Below, one piece after another: positions 8,826 through 16,052 of a DNA stretch of 16,212 nucleotides. Location: NCBI GenBank assembly GCA_046484245.1, contig JAWOBN010000028.1, positions 1 to 16,212 of the forward strand, written 5' to 3'. The translations under genes and the position numbers were made by a program. The notes beneath the pieces were generated by a model. The model searched no databases. It saw only the letters and a program-made list of their open reading frames with translations, and was not told where the DNA came from. This DNA is from a bacterium. GTDB lineage: Bacteria; Hydrothermota; 32-111. Each line of letters starts with the position of its first letter. Within the stretch, counting starts at the first letter, position 1.

Positions 8826-10048
8826 TTCATTATCTCCCTGATCTCTTCCTTGTTTGCCCTGTATGCAGGATACAATGTTGCAATGACTGCCATGAAAACA
8901 GTGAATATAACTGTTCTGACAACAATAATGAGATTGAAAGAACCCTTGACCACACTGCTTATGGGATAACCGACATCCATATCACCGACCAGACTGGACA
9001 TGTCTATGCCATAGGCAGCTGCATGCCACATTATCAGTATGCCGACTGCAGAACCGATAAGACCCCCGAGAAGACCGACTATGCCGCCTTCTGTGAGAAA
9101 GAGTTTCATGACCACTTTATTGCTGCTCCCCAGTGCCCGTATTGTCCCTATTTCATCAAGCCGTTCATACATTGAAAGAAGCATGGTATTGGCAATACCG
9201 ACTCCTGCAATGACAAGTATTATCATGATAAACACATAACCGCTTGCTCTGTCAGCAGCAGCAAATGCAAAATAATCCTCCTCTTCCTCCTCCCATGTGA
9301 TTATCTTCAGATCCGGCCTTATCTCCTTCAATTCACTTGCTGCCTGCATTCTGAATTGTTCAAGTTCATTCCTGTCCTTCAGTTTTACTGCAATATTGGT
9401 TACCTCTCCTTCACTCTCAAAAAAGGATTTAGCATTATTCAGACTGATAAAAACATAATTCCTGTCCAGTTCCGGATTGCCCGAGGATATATTCTCCCTG
9501 TACACAAGATCCAGTGCATCAAAGGCACCGTATTTTGTTCTGGCTTCCAGAAAACATATATCACCCTTCTCAAAGGAGAATAAAGAAGTGAGCGCTCTCC
9601 CTATATAGACCTCACCGGAATCAGGAGGCATAAGGGAATCATCCGTCAATGTGCTGAACACATCATTATAGGAATTCCCGTCTATTCCGAGTATGATTAC
9701 CGGTATTTTATTGACACCGTCAGACAGCTTCCCCGAAAAACTGATACTGGGTGTGAAGGATTCAATATATTGATTATTCCTTAAATATGCCAGGAGCTGT
9801 TTGTCTGTTTTGAATGTATATTTCTGATTATCATTATTCTTGTCTATCCGGTATTTATCATTGTATATCTTTGCATGTGCTGTCTTGTATTTAATGATAT
9901 TGGATATTGACTGGTCATTGACTCCTTCAACAAATGATATTATATATACCAGAAGCATTGTGCCCACAACAACAGGTATGAGTGTAAGGGCTGTCCTGCC
10001 CTTCCTCCTGAGGAGATTCCTGTATGCATAATTGAAGAAGAATCTCAC
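8822..10048 (-). CDS. ABC transporter permease, FtsX/LolC/LolE (MacB superfamily)
   Basis: GTG start overlapping the ATPase stop (GTGA). RNLLRRKGRT plus TM1, periplasmic domain, ANTMLLSMYERLDEIGTIRALG, LYPAYRA. Confidence 0.93.
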   Translation of the reverse strand: MRFFFNYAYRNLLRRKGRTALTLIPVVVGTMLLVYIISFVEGVNDQSISNIIKYKTAHAKIYNDKYRIDKNNDNQKYTFKTDKQLLAYLRNNQYIESFTPSISFSGKLSDGVNKIPVIILGIDGNSYNDVFSTLTDDSLMPPDSGEVYIGRALTSLFSFEKGDICFLEARTKYGAFDALDLVYRENISSGNPELDRNYVFISLNNAKSFFESEGEVTNIAVKLKDRNELEQFRMQAASELKEIRPDLKIITWEEEEEDYFAFAAADRASGYVFIMIILVIAGVGIANTMLLSMYERLDEIGTIRALGSSNKVVMKLFLTEGGIVGLLGGLIGSAVGILIMWHAAAYGIDMSSLVGDMDVGYPISSVVKGSFNLIIVVRTVIFTVFMAVIATLYPAYRANKEEIREIMK

Positions 10049-10728
10049 TGACTATTATCCTCCCGGACCCTGCCGTCCCTCAGTTTTATCACCCTCTCAG
10101 CATAATCAATGACAAGCGGGTCATGTGTGGAGAATATGAATGTTGTTTCATACTCCTTATTCATTGAATGCATTATATCCATTACATTTTTTGAATTGTC
10201 CGTATCAAGATTTGCAGTCGGTTCATCAGCCAGCACTATGAGCGGTTTTTTCACAAGAGCCCTTGCAACAGCAACCCTCTGCTTCTGCCCGCCTGAGAGT
10301 TCTGAGGGAAAACGCTTCTCCAGTTCACTGATACCCACTGCCTCAAGTGTATCCATTATCATTTCCCTGTGATTCTTTTTAATATCCGGATGAATGGCAA
10401 GTGAGAACTGTACATTCTCATATACTGTGAGTACGGGAATGAGATTGAAATCCTGGAATATAAATCCTATGAATTTATTGCGGAATAAGGCCAGTTCATT
10501 CTCATTCTTATCCGTCACATCCGAGCTGTTTATTACTATTGAACCCTCGGTCGGTGAATCAATGCATCCCATAAGATTAAGCAGGGTTGTCTTGCCGCTG
10601 CCTGAGGGACCTGCAATAGAGAGGAATTCCCCCTTTTCAATATCAATATCCACACCCCTCAATGCCTTTACCGTAATTTCACCTGCCTGATAGTTCTTCA
10701 CAAGGTCTTTTACTCTGATATCTGCCAT
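10045..10728 (-). CDS. ABC transporter ATP-binding protein (LolD/MacB-type)
   Basis: Walker A GPSGSGKT, Q-loop GFIFQ, signature LSGGQKQR, Walker B/D-loop VLADEPTANLD, H-loop STHD; AGAGGT SD. Confidence 0.96.
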   Translation of the reverse strand: MADIRVKDLVKNYQAGEITVKALRGVDIDIEKGEFLSIAGPSGSGKTTLLNLMGCIDSPTEGSIVINSSDVTDKNENELALFRNKFIGFIFQDFNLIPVLTVYENVQFSLAIHPDIKKNHREMIMDTLEAVGISELEKRFPSELSGGQKQRVAVARALVKKPLIVLADEPTANLDTDNSKNVMDIMHSMNKEYETTFIFSTHDPLVIDYAERVIKLRDGRVREDNSQ

Positions 10729-10753
10729 TGATACCTCTTTGTGAAAATTATCT

Positions 10754-11131
10754 TTACATTACATTATAAATGATATAACTGATTACAGCAATACTCAATA
10801 CACTGCCTGTGCCTGCTCCGGCAAATGCGTACTTTGCCCTTATTTTCTTCATCTCGGATGTATATATTTTCCTGAAACCTGTCTTGAATTCACTGCTTCT
10901 CTCACTGAACTGCGCAGGCACTTCCGCATTCATGAAGTATCCTGTCAGGGGAGCTGCAATACATCCGCCTCCGGGACAGGCAAAACCTGCCCCTGCACCA
11001 CCCAGGAACCATGCCTTTCTGTCATTATTATTTTTCATGTATTGATTAGCCTCTTCCATTCCTTCACTGTAAGGACCAGCTCCTGCAAATATACATATGT
11101 TCAAGACAGCAATGAGTATTATTGTTCTCAT
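10754..11131 (-). CDS. Hypothetical exported/membrane protein with Gly-rich hydrophobic segments
   Basis: Start taken at ATG 11131 (MRTIILIAVLNICIFAGA, signal-peptide-like); ATG 11143 is the alternative. Two Gly-rich hydrophobic stretches. Ends 25 nt before the ATPase start. Confidence 0.7.
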   Translation of the reverse strand: MRTIILIAVLNICIFAGAGPYSEGMEEANQYMKNNNDRKAWFLGGAGAGFACPGGGCIAAPLTGYFMNAEVPAQFSERSSEFKTGFRKIYTSEMKKIRAKYAFAGAGTGSVLSIAVISYIIYNVM

Positions 11132-11138
11132 ACCATCT

Positions 11139-11166
11139 ATCATAATAATAATTCACAGGAATGCAA
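11139..11166 (-). promoter_or_regulatory. Possible sigma70 promoter for the minus-strand cluster
   Basis: Minus strand TTGCAT (11166-11161), 16-nt spacer, TATGAT (11144-11139), 7 nt before ATG 11131. Confidence 0.4.
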
Positions 11167-11174
11167 TATTCTAG

Positions 11175-11203
11175 TTGACATAAATTGTTTTCCATTATAT
11201 AAT
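11175..11203 (+). promoter_or_regulatory. Perfect-consensus sigma70 promoter
   Basis: TTGACA (11175-11180), exactly 17 nt, TATAAT (11198-11203); AGGAGGT SD at 11221-11227. Confidence 0.85.
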
Positions 11204-11230
11204 TTGGGAAATACAATCCTAGGAGGTAGT

Positions 11231-11671
11231 ATGGCAAAGAAAACAGTTGTTTCTTTTGTTATCATGAGTTTACTATTTACAACATTGGCAGCAGGACCCA
11301 TTGCATCAGTTGACAAACAGGACGGAGGCATTGTACCAATGGCTCTCTCATGTCTTGTTGACCCCCGTCTCGGCCTTATGGCAAATGAGAAGGCAGTCAA
11401 TCTTGATCTGATGGATGCGCTGAGATTCGTTCCTGTAATCAATTACTTTGTAATGTTCGGTAATGCATACACAGGATTCAAAAACCACGGCATCACAGGC
11501 TGCTGTATAGGTCCCTTGGGTTATCATACAGCCCATTCACTGGACAAATACAAACCCCGCACGAAAGAATGGCTATATTATGTTGTCATAGGGTGGTTTC
11601 TTGTTGGTATGGAAGCAAACAGCGGAACTACATGGTCAGAAGTAGTTGGTGAGGAAGGACTGCGCAAGTAA
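11231..11671 (+). CDS. Hypothetical exported/membrane protein, 146 aa
   Basis: Start reassigned to ATG 11231 after AGGAGGT; signal peptide MAKKTVVSFVIMSLLFTTLAA; flanked by a consensus promoter and an intrinsic terminator. Confidence 0.85.
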   Translation: MAKKTVVSFVIMSLLFTTLAAGPIASVDKQDGGIVPMALSCLVDPRLGLMANEKAVNLDLMDALRFVPVINYFVMFGNAYTGFKNHGITGCCIGPLGYHTAHSLDKYKPRTKEWLYYVVIGWFLVGMEANSGTTWSEVVGEEGLRK

Positions 11672-11680
11672 TTTCCAATC

Positions 11681-11704
11681 GGGGCGGTTTCTGCCGCCCC
11701 TTTT
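11681..11704 (+). terminator. Rho-independent terminator
   Basis: GGGGCGG-tttctg-CCGCCCC hairpin followed by TTTT, 9 nt after the TAA ending at 11671. Confidence 0.85.
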
Positions 11705-11707
11705 CTC

Positions 11708-11737
11708 TTGACACACACCGATAATCAATAGTATAAT
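11708..11737 (+). promoter_or_regulatory. Sigma70 promoter for the SBP-TonB fusion gene
   Basis: TTGACA (11708-11713), 18-nt spacer, TATAAT (11732-11737); TAAGGAGG SD before ATG 11764. Confidence 0.78.
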
Positions 11738-11763
11738 ACCGTAAATACATTTAAGGAGGATTA

Positions 11764-13845
11764 ATGATGAGGGCAGTTAAATTATTTCTATTGGTCACTC
11801 TTATAATCATTGCCGCAGTATCCTGTCAGAGAAAGGTATCGCGCGCACCTGAAGACGGGGTTGCAGGCGGCGACCTTGTTGTCGGTATTATCAGTGAACC
11901 GGAGAATCTATCCCCGCTTTATCCGTCATTCACAGCCCATAATGAGATAACCGATATGCTTTTTTTATCCCTGCATAAGATAGATGCTGAAGGCAGAATT
12001 GTCCCTATGCTGGCAAAATCATGGGCATATTCGGAGGATCTGACAGAGATCACCTATTATCTGAAGGACAATATAATGTGGCAGGACAATACGCCTGTGA
12101 CAGCCGGGGATGTTGAATTCACATTCAATACAATGAAGAATCCCGATAACGGGTATCCCCTTCTTTCAAAACTTCAGTATATTGACAGTGTAAAGGCAGT
12201 GGATGATCTCACTGTTGTGTTTTATTTCTCAAGGGTCTATCCCAGGGCACTGTATGATTCCAATATCAAGACAATGCCTGCGCATCTGCTGAAGGATGAG
12301 GATAATATCAGATTTGCGGACTTCCATTCATCACCTGTCGGCAATGGTCCTTATAAACTTGAGGAATGGGAGAATGGCAAGTATATTACACTGGCGAGGA
12401 ATGAGAATTATTCCCTTGAAGAAGGCCCCTTTCTCAAAAGAATCATATACAGGATATTCTCTGATCAGGAGAAACTCATAGAATCCCTCAAGAAGGGTGA
12501 AACGGATCTTGCCTATGATATCAGTCCTGATAAACAGAAGACAATTGAGGAACTGGGTAATGTCAATCTCATTAAAAAAGACGGGAATATTTATACATAT
12601 CTCGGATTCAATACAACAAAAGCTCCTTTCAATGATAAGAATGTCCGCCTTGCTGTCTCTCAGCTCATTAACCGTGAAGGACTTATAAGGAATTATGTGG
12701 GCGGTAATGCAATGATATCCAATGGTCCGCTGACACCTGCCTTCTGGGCATATTCAGACAATATTGCACCCATTACATTCAACAGGGAACAGGCTGAGGA
12801 ATTACTCAAGGAAAAATTTGTCAAGAGATACAATAATTACTATCACAAGGAAGACAGATATGACAGATTTGACTTCACAATTCTCACAGACAAGAATGAT
12901 GTTGAGATGGTGAAGATAGCCAATGCAATTGATGACCAGCTGTCCGGCTACGGCATAAGGGTTGATGTCCAGGCATTGGAGAGTGGAGCATTGATATCAC
13001 GCCTTATCAATAAGGATTTTGATGCATATGTGCTCTCATGGAAAGTGGATGATAATTTCAATCCATTCCCATTCTGGTCATCGGATAAGGAAATCGGCAC
13101 ATTCAATTTTGTCGGCTACTACAATGAGAATATTGACAAATTGCTCAATAATGCAATATCAACAATGGAAAAAGATGAGGCAATGAATTACTGGAAAGAG
13201 TTCCAGAGCACAATTATGGAAGACCAGCCCTATGCATTCCTCTATATACCCAATAGAATTATTGCTGTGAATAATATCATCAAGTCCGTGGATAATGTCT
13301 ATGAGTCCGATATAGACATACTGTCCAATCTGGATATATTCTATGTGGAGACACAGTCACAGAAGGATGTCAATATAGCACAGATCATTGAAGAGGAAGA
13401 GAAGGAAGAGCAGGAAACAACAAGGGTGACAACACCCAGAAGGGAGGAACCCAAGCAGCCGACTGCTTCACAGATGCTCTCTGAGGCAGCAGCCAAGACA
13501 CCGAGCAAGTCAGAGGAAGAAGAAGATGCAGAGGAAGAGGAAGAAGAGGTTGAAGAAGAGCCTGCAAAACCCAGTATCAAGATACAGCCGCAGCTTCAGA
13601 AACTCGTTCAGCCTTCATATCCCGATGCAGCAGCAAGTGTCGGGGCAGAGGGAACAGTGTTCATACAAGTTACTGTGGGGAAAGACGGTTCCGTGACTGA
13701 TGCGAAGGTGCTGAAGGGTGATAATCAGTCGCTCAACAATGCGGCACTCACTGCAGCAAAGAAATGTAAATTCAAGCCGGGCACTGTTGACGGTGAGCCT
13801 GCTGAGATGAATGCAACAATACCCTACAGATTTGTAGCTCCGTAA
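11764..13845 (+). CDS. Lipoprotein: family-5 (Opp/Dpp/App-like) solute-binding domain fused via an acidic linker to a TonB C-terminal domain
   Basis: Lipobox-like AVS-C21. SBP5 motifs PMLAKSW, WQDNTPVTAGDVEFT, PVGNGPYKLEEW, YLGFN..KAPF.DKNVRLA, NFVGYYN. Glu/Pro/Thr-rich linker around nt 13384-13590. TonB_C pattern QPSYPDAA...AEGTVFIQVTVGKDGSV...LNNAALTAAKKCKFKPG..DG....IPYRF. Confidence 0.9.
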   Translation: MMRAVKLFLLVTLIIIAAVSCQRKVSRAPEDGVAGGDLVVGIISEPENLSPLYPSFTAHNEITDMLFLSLHKIDAEGRIVPMLAKSWAYSEDLTEITYYLKDNIMWQDNTPVTAGDVEFTFNTMKNPDNGYPLLSKLQYIDSVKAVDDLTVVFYFSRVYPRALYDSNIKTMPAHLLKDEDNIRFADFHSSPVGNGPYKLEEWENGKYITLARNENYSLEEGPFLKRIIYRIFSDQEKLIESLKKGETDLAYDISPDKQKTIEELGNVNLIKKDGNIYTYLGFNTTKAPFNDKNVRLAVSQLINREGLIRNYVGGNAMISNGPLTPAFWAYSDNIAPITFNREQAEELLKEKFVKRYNNYYHKEDRYDRFDFTILTDKNDVEMVKIANAIDDQLSGYGIRVDVQALESGALISRLINKDFDAYVLSWKVDDNFNPFPFWSSDKEIGTFNFVGYYNENIDKLLNNAISTMEKDEAMNYWKEFQSTIMEDQPYAFLYIPNRIIAVNNIIKSVDNVYESDIDILSNLDIFYVETQSQKDVNIAQIIEEEEKEEQETTRVTTPRREEPKQPTASQMLSEAAAKTPSKSEEEEDAEEEEEEVEEEPAKPSIKIQPQLQKLVQPSYPDAAASVGAEGTVFIQVTVGKDGSVTDAKVLKGDNQSLNNAALTAAKKCKFKPGTVDGEPAEMNATIPYRFVAP
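13390..13560 (+). repeat. Low-complexity GAA/GAG-rich coding tract (poly-Glu linker)
   Basis: Imperfect GAA/GAG codon runs encoding EEEEKEE and EEEEDAEEEEEEVEEE. Confidence 0.7.
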
Positions 13846-13866
13846 TTACACAATAACATGGATAAT

Positions 13867-13896
13867 AAAAAAGCCGTCCAATGGACGGCTTTTTTT
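13867..13896. terminator. Bidirectional Rho-independent terminator
   Basis: AAAAAA-GCCGTCC-aat-GGACGGC-TTTTTTT between the convergent fusion gene and the EF-G gene. Confidence 0.92.
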
Positions 13897-13919
13897 ATAC
13901 TTTAAAGGGGAAAATGAGT

Positions 13920-15983
13920 CTATTCGTCTTCGTCTTCAGCCTTTGATTCCTCAATTATCTTCTTTGCCTGGTCTGAGGGCACCTTGTCGTATTTCTCAAA
14001 TTCCATTGTGAATGTTCCCCTGCCCTGAGTCATTGACCTGAGCTGCGAGGAATACTGATACATCTCTGCCTGCGGGACAAGTGCATTGACCTTCTGATTC
14101 CTGCCCTTTGCCTCCATTCCGAGTATCCTGCCTCTTCTGGAATTCATATCACCCATTATATCACCCATATACTCTTCAGGAACAATAACAGAGACCTTCA
14201 TTATGGGTTCAAGCAGCACAACACCTGCATTGGGCATTGCATTTCTCACAGCATTGGCTCCTGCAAGCTGAAATGCAATATCGGATGAATCAACAGGATG
14301 GAATTTGCCGTCATATACAGTCGCCTTGATATTGACCATGGGATAACCTGCAAGATAGCCCTCCTTGAGCTGCTGTCTCACACCCTTCTCCACTGACGGT
14401 ACGAATTTTGAAGGTATTGATCCGCCGAATATCTCATCAACAAACTGGAACTCTTCTTCTCCTGCATTCGGTTCAAACTTCACATTACAGACACCAAACT
14501 GACCTCTGCCGCCTGATTGTTTCTTATGCTTGCCCTCTGCAGCAGCCGGCTTGGTTATTGTCTCCCTGTACTTTATCTTCGGTTTCACCAGATCAACATT
14601 GACACCGAATTTTTCCTTCAGTTTCTTTATAATGACCTCAAGATGTATTGTACCGAGTCCGTGAACAAGTGTCTGTTTTATCTCCGAATCAAAGTTGAAT
14701 ACAAAGGAAGGGTCTTCCTCAGAGAGTTTTGTCAGTCCATTGGATATTTTTTCCTCATCACCCTTTGCCTGGGGGATTATTGCCATTGAGATATTGGCAT
14801 GCGGGAATTCAATCTCCCTATAATGAAGATTGAGAGAGGAATCACAGAGTGTATCATTGGTCTTGGTATTCTTCAATTTCACCAGTGCAATAATACTGCC
14901 TGCAGGAGCTTCTGAAATATCGGTTCTTTCCTTGCCTACAAGTGAGTACATCTGATTTAATTTTTCACTTGAGCGTTTTTTGGGATTATCCGCGTCAGTG
15001 CCCGATTCCAGTGTGCCGGTGAAAACTCTCATATAAGCCATATCACCAATATGCTTCTCAACAGCTGTCTTGAAAACAAATCCGGTGAATTTATCATCAA
15101 TTGCAATTGTCTGTTCATTGTCTTCATCATCAAGAATCTCGTACTCCTGATTAATTGCAGGAGAAGGCATAATATTGGCAATAACATCCATTACATTGGT
15201 TACACCGATATTCTCATAGGCATCTGTGAACATAACCGGATAGAGTTTGCCCTGCTTTATTGCCTTCTGAAATCCGATTTCAACATCCTCGTCAGAGAGT
15301 CCGTCTTCAAAGAATTTCTCCATCAGTTTGTCATCTGACTGGGCAATCATCTCAATCAGCTCATCCTTCATTGATTCTGCCTTGTCCTTTATATCCCCTG
15401 GCACTTCCGTCTCTTCGGCTTTACCGTCATTGAATATATATGCCTTGCCGGTGAGCAGATTGACAACACCCTTGAAATCCGTACCCTGGCCTATGGGCAG
15501 CTGGATAAGTGTTGCATTCTTTGTCAGCATTGATTTGATCTCACCCAGAACAGCTTCATAATCGGCATTCTCTTTTGTCATCTTGTTTATTACAAACATT
15601 GTAGCCAGTCCCTTTTTCTTGACAAGGTCCCATGCCTTTTCTGTGCCGAGTTCAATACCGGATGTGGAATCAATAACTATTGCCAATGCCTCCACAACCC
15701 TTGCTGCTGACACAACCTCACCGAAGAAATCGGGGAAACCGGGAGTATCAAGCACATTAATATGCCTGTCATTCCAGTCAAGGGAAGCCATGCTCAGGCT
15801 TATTGTAATCTGTCTTGACATCTCTTCATCACCATGGTCAAGCACTGAATTCTTCTCATCAACCCTGCCGAGTCTGTTCGTCTTGCCTGCATTGAAAAGA
15901 ACTGCTTCACCCAGTGTTGTCTTGCCTGATGAACTGTGTCCTGTAAATGCTATATTTCTAATCATCTTAGTATCAGTAGTCAA
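13920..15983 (-). CDS. fusA: Elongation factor G paralogue (EF-G2/EFG II type)
   Basis: TTG start with AAGGAGG SD. G1 GHSSSGKT, G2 RQITI, G3 DTPG, EEDPS, GLGTIHLE, KKQSGGRGQFG, HPVDSSDIAF, LLEPIM, LRSMTQGRG. No tuf follows it. Confidence 0.93.
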   Translation of the reverse strand: MTTDTKMIRNIAFTGHSSSGKTTLGEAVLFNAGKTNRLGRVDEKNSVLDHGDEEMSRQITISLSMASLDWNDRHINVLDTPGFPDFFGEVVSAARVVEALAIVIDSTSGIELGTEKAWDLVKKKGLATMFVINKMTKENADYEAVLGEIKSMLTKNATLIQLPIGQGTDFKGVVNLLTGKAYIFNDGKAEETEVPGDIKDKAESMKDELIEMIAQSDDKLMEKFFEDGLSDEDVEIGFQKAIKQGKLYPVMFTDAYENIGVTNVMDVIANIMPSPAINQEYEILDDEDNEQTIAIDDKFTGFVFKTAVEKHIGDMAYMRVFTGTLESGTDADNPKKRSSEKLNQMYSLVGKERTDISEAPAGSIIALVKLKNTKTNDTLCDSSLNLHYREIEFPHANISMAIIPQAKGDEEKISNGLTKLSEEDPSFVFNFDSEIKQTLVHGLGTIHLEVIIKKLKEKFGVNVDLVKPKIKYRETITKPAAAEGKHKKQSGGRGQFGVCNVKFEPNAGEEEFQFVDEIFGGSIPSKFVPSVEKGVRQQLKEGYLAGYPMVNIKATVYDGKFHPVDSSDIAFQLAGANAVRNAMPNAGVVLLEPIMKVSVIVPEEYMGDIMGDMNSRRGRILGMEAKGRNQKVNALVPQAEMYQYSSQLRSMTQGRGTFTMEFEKYDKVPSDQAKKIIEESKAEDEDE

Positions 15984-16024
15984 ACTGTCCTCCTTTTATT
16001 TTCTCAAATTTTAATAGAATAATT

Positions 16025-16052
16025 ATTTTATATATATTAACACCTTTGTCAA
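16025..16052 (-). promoter_or_regulatory. Putative sigma70 promoter for the EF-G paralogue
   Basis: Minus strand TTGACA (16052-16047), 16-nt spacer, TAAAAT (16030-16025), in an AT-rich intergenic region. Confidence 0.6.

Noticed and set aside
6904..10728. Assigning symbols lolA/lolC/lolD/lolE or macB
   Set aside because: Superfamily membership is clear but orthology cannot be established by eye, and the gene set differs from canonical Lol or Mac operons.
11042..11230. N-terminal extension of the 209-aa plus-strand ORF
   Set aside because: It overlaps the opposite-strand gene and contains the promoter; ATG 11231 has an AGGAGGT SD and a signal peptide.
13341..13580. Poly-Ser and Leu/Pro-rich minus-strand ORFs
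   Set aside because: Reverse-complement reading of the GAA/GAG poly-Glu linker.
13474..13845. TonB_C as a separate gene from the internal ATG (MLSEAAAK...)
   Set aside because: No stop codon precedes it in frame, no properly spaced SD, and the product would lack any export signal.
656..16014. Remaining short ORFs (60-143 aa) nested in or antisense to the long genes
   Set aside because: No recognisable motifs or supporting expression signals noticed; they overlap well-supported CDSs.
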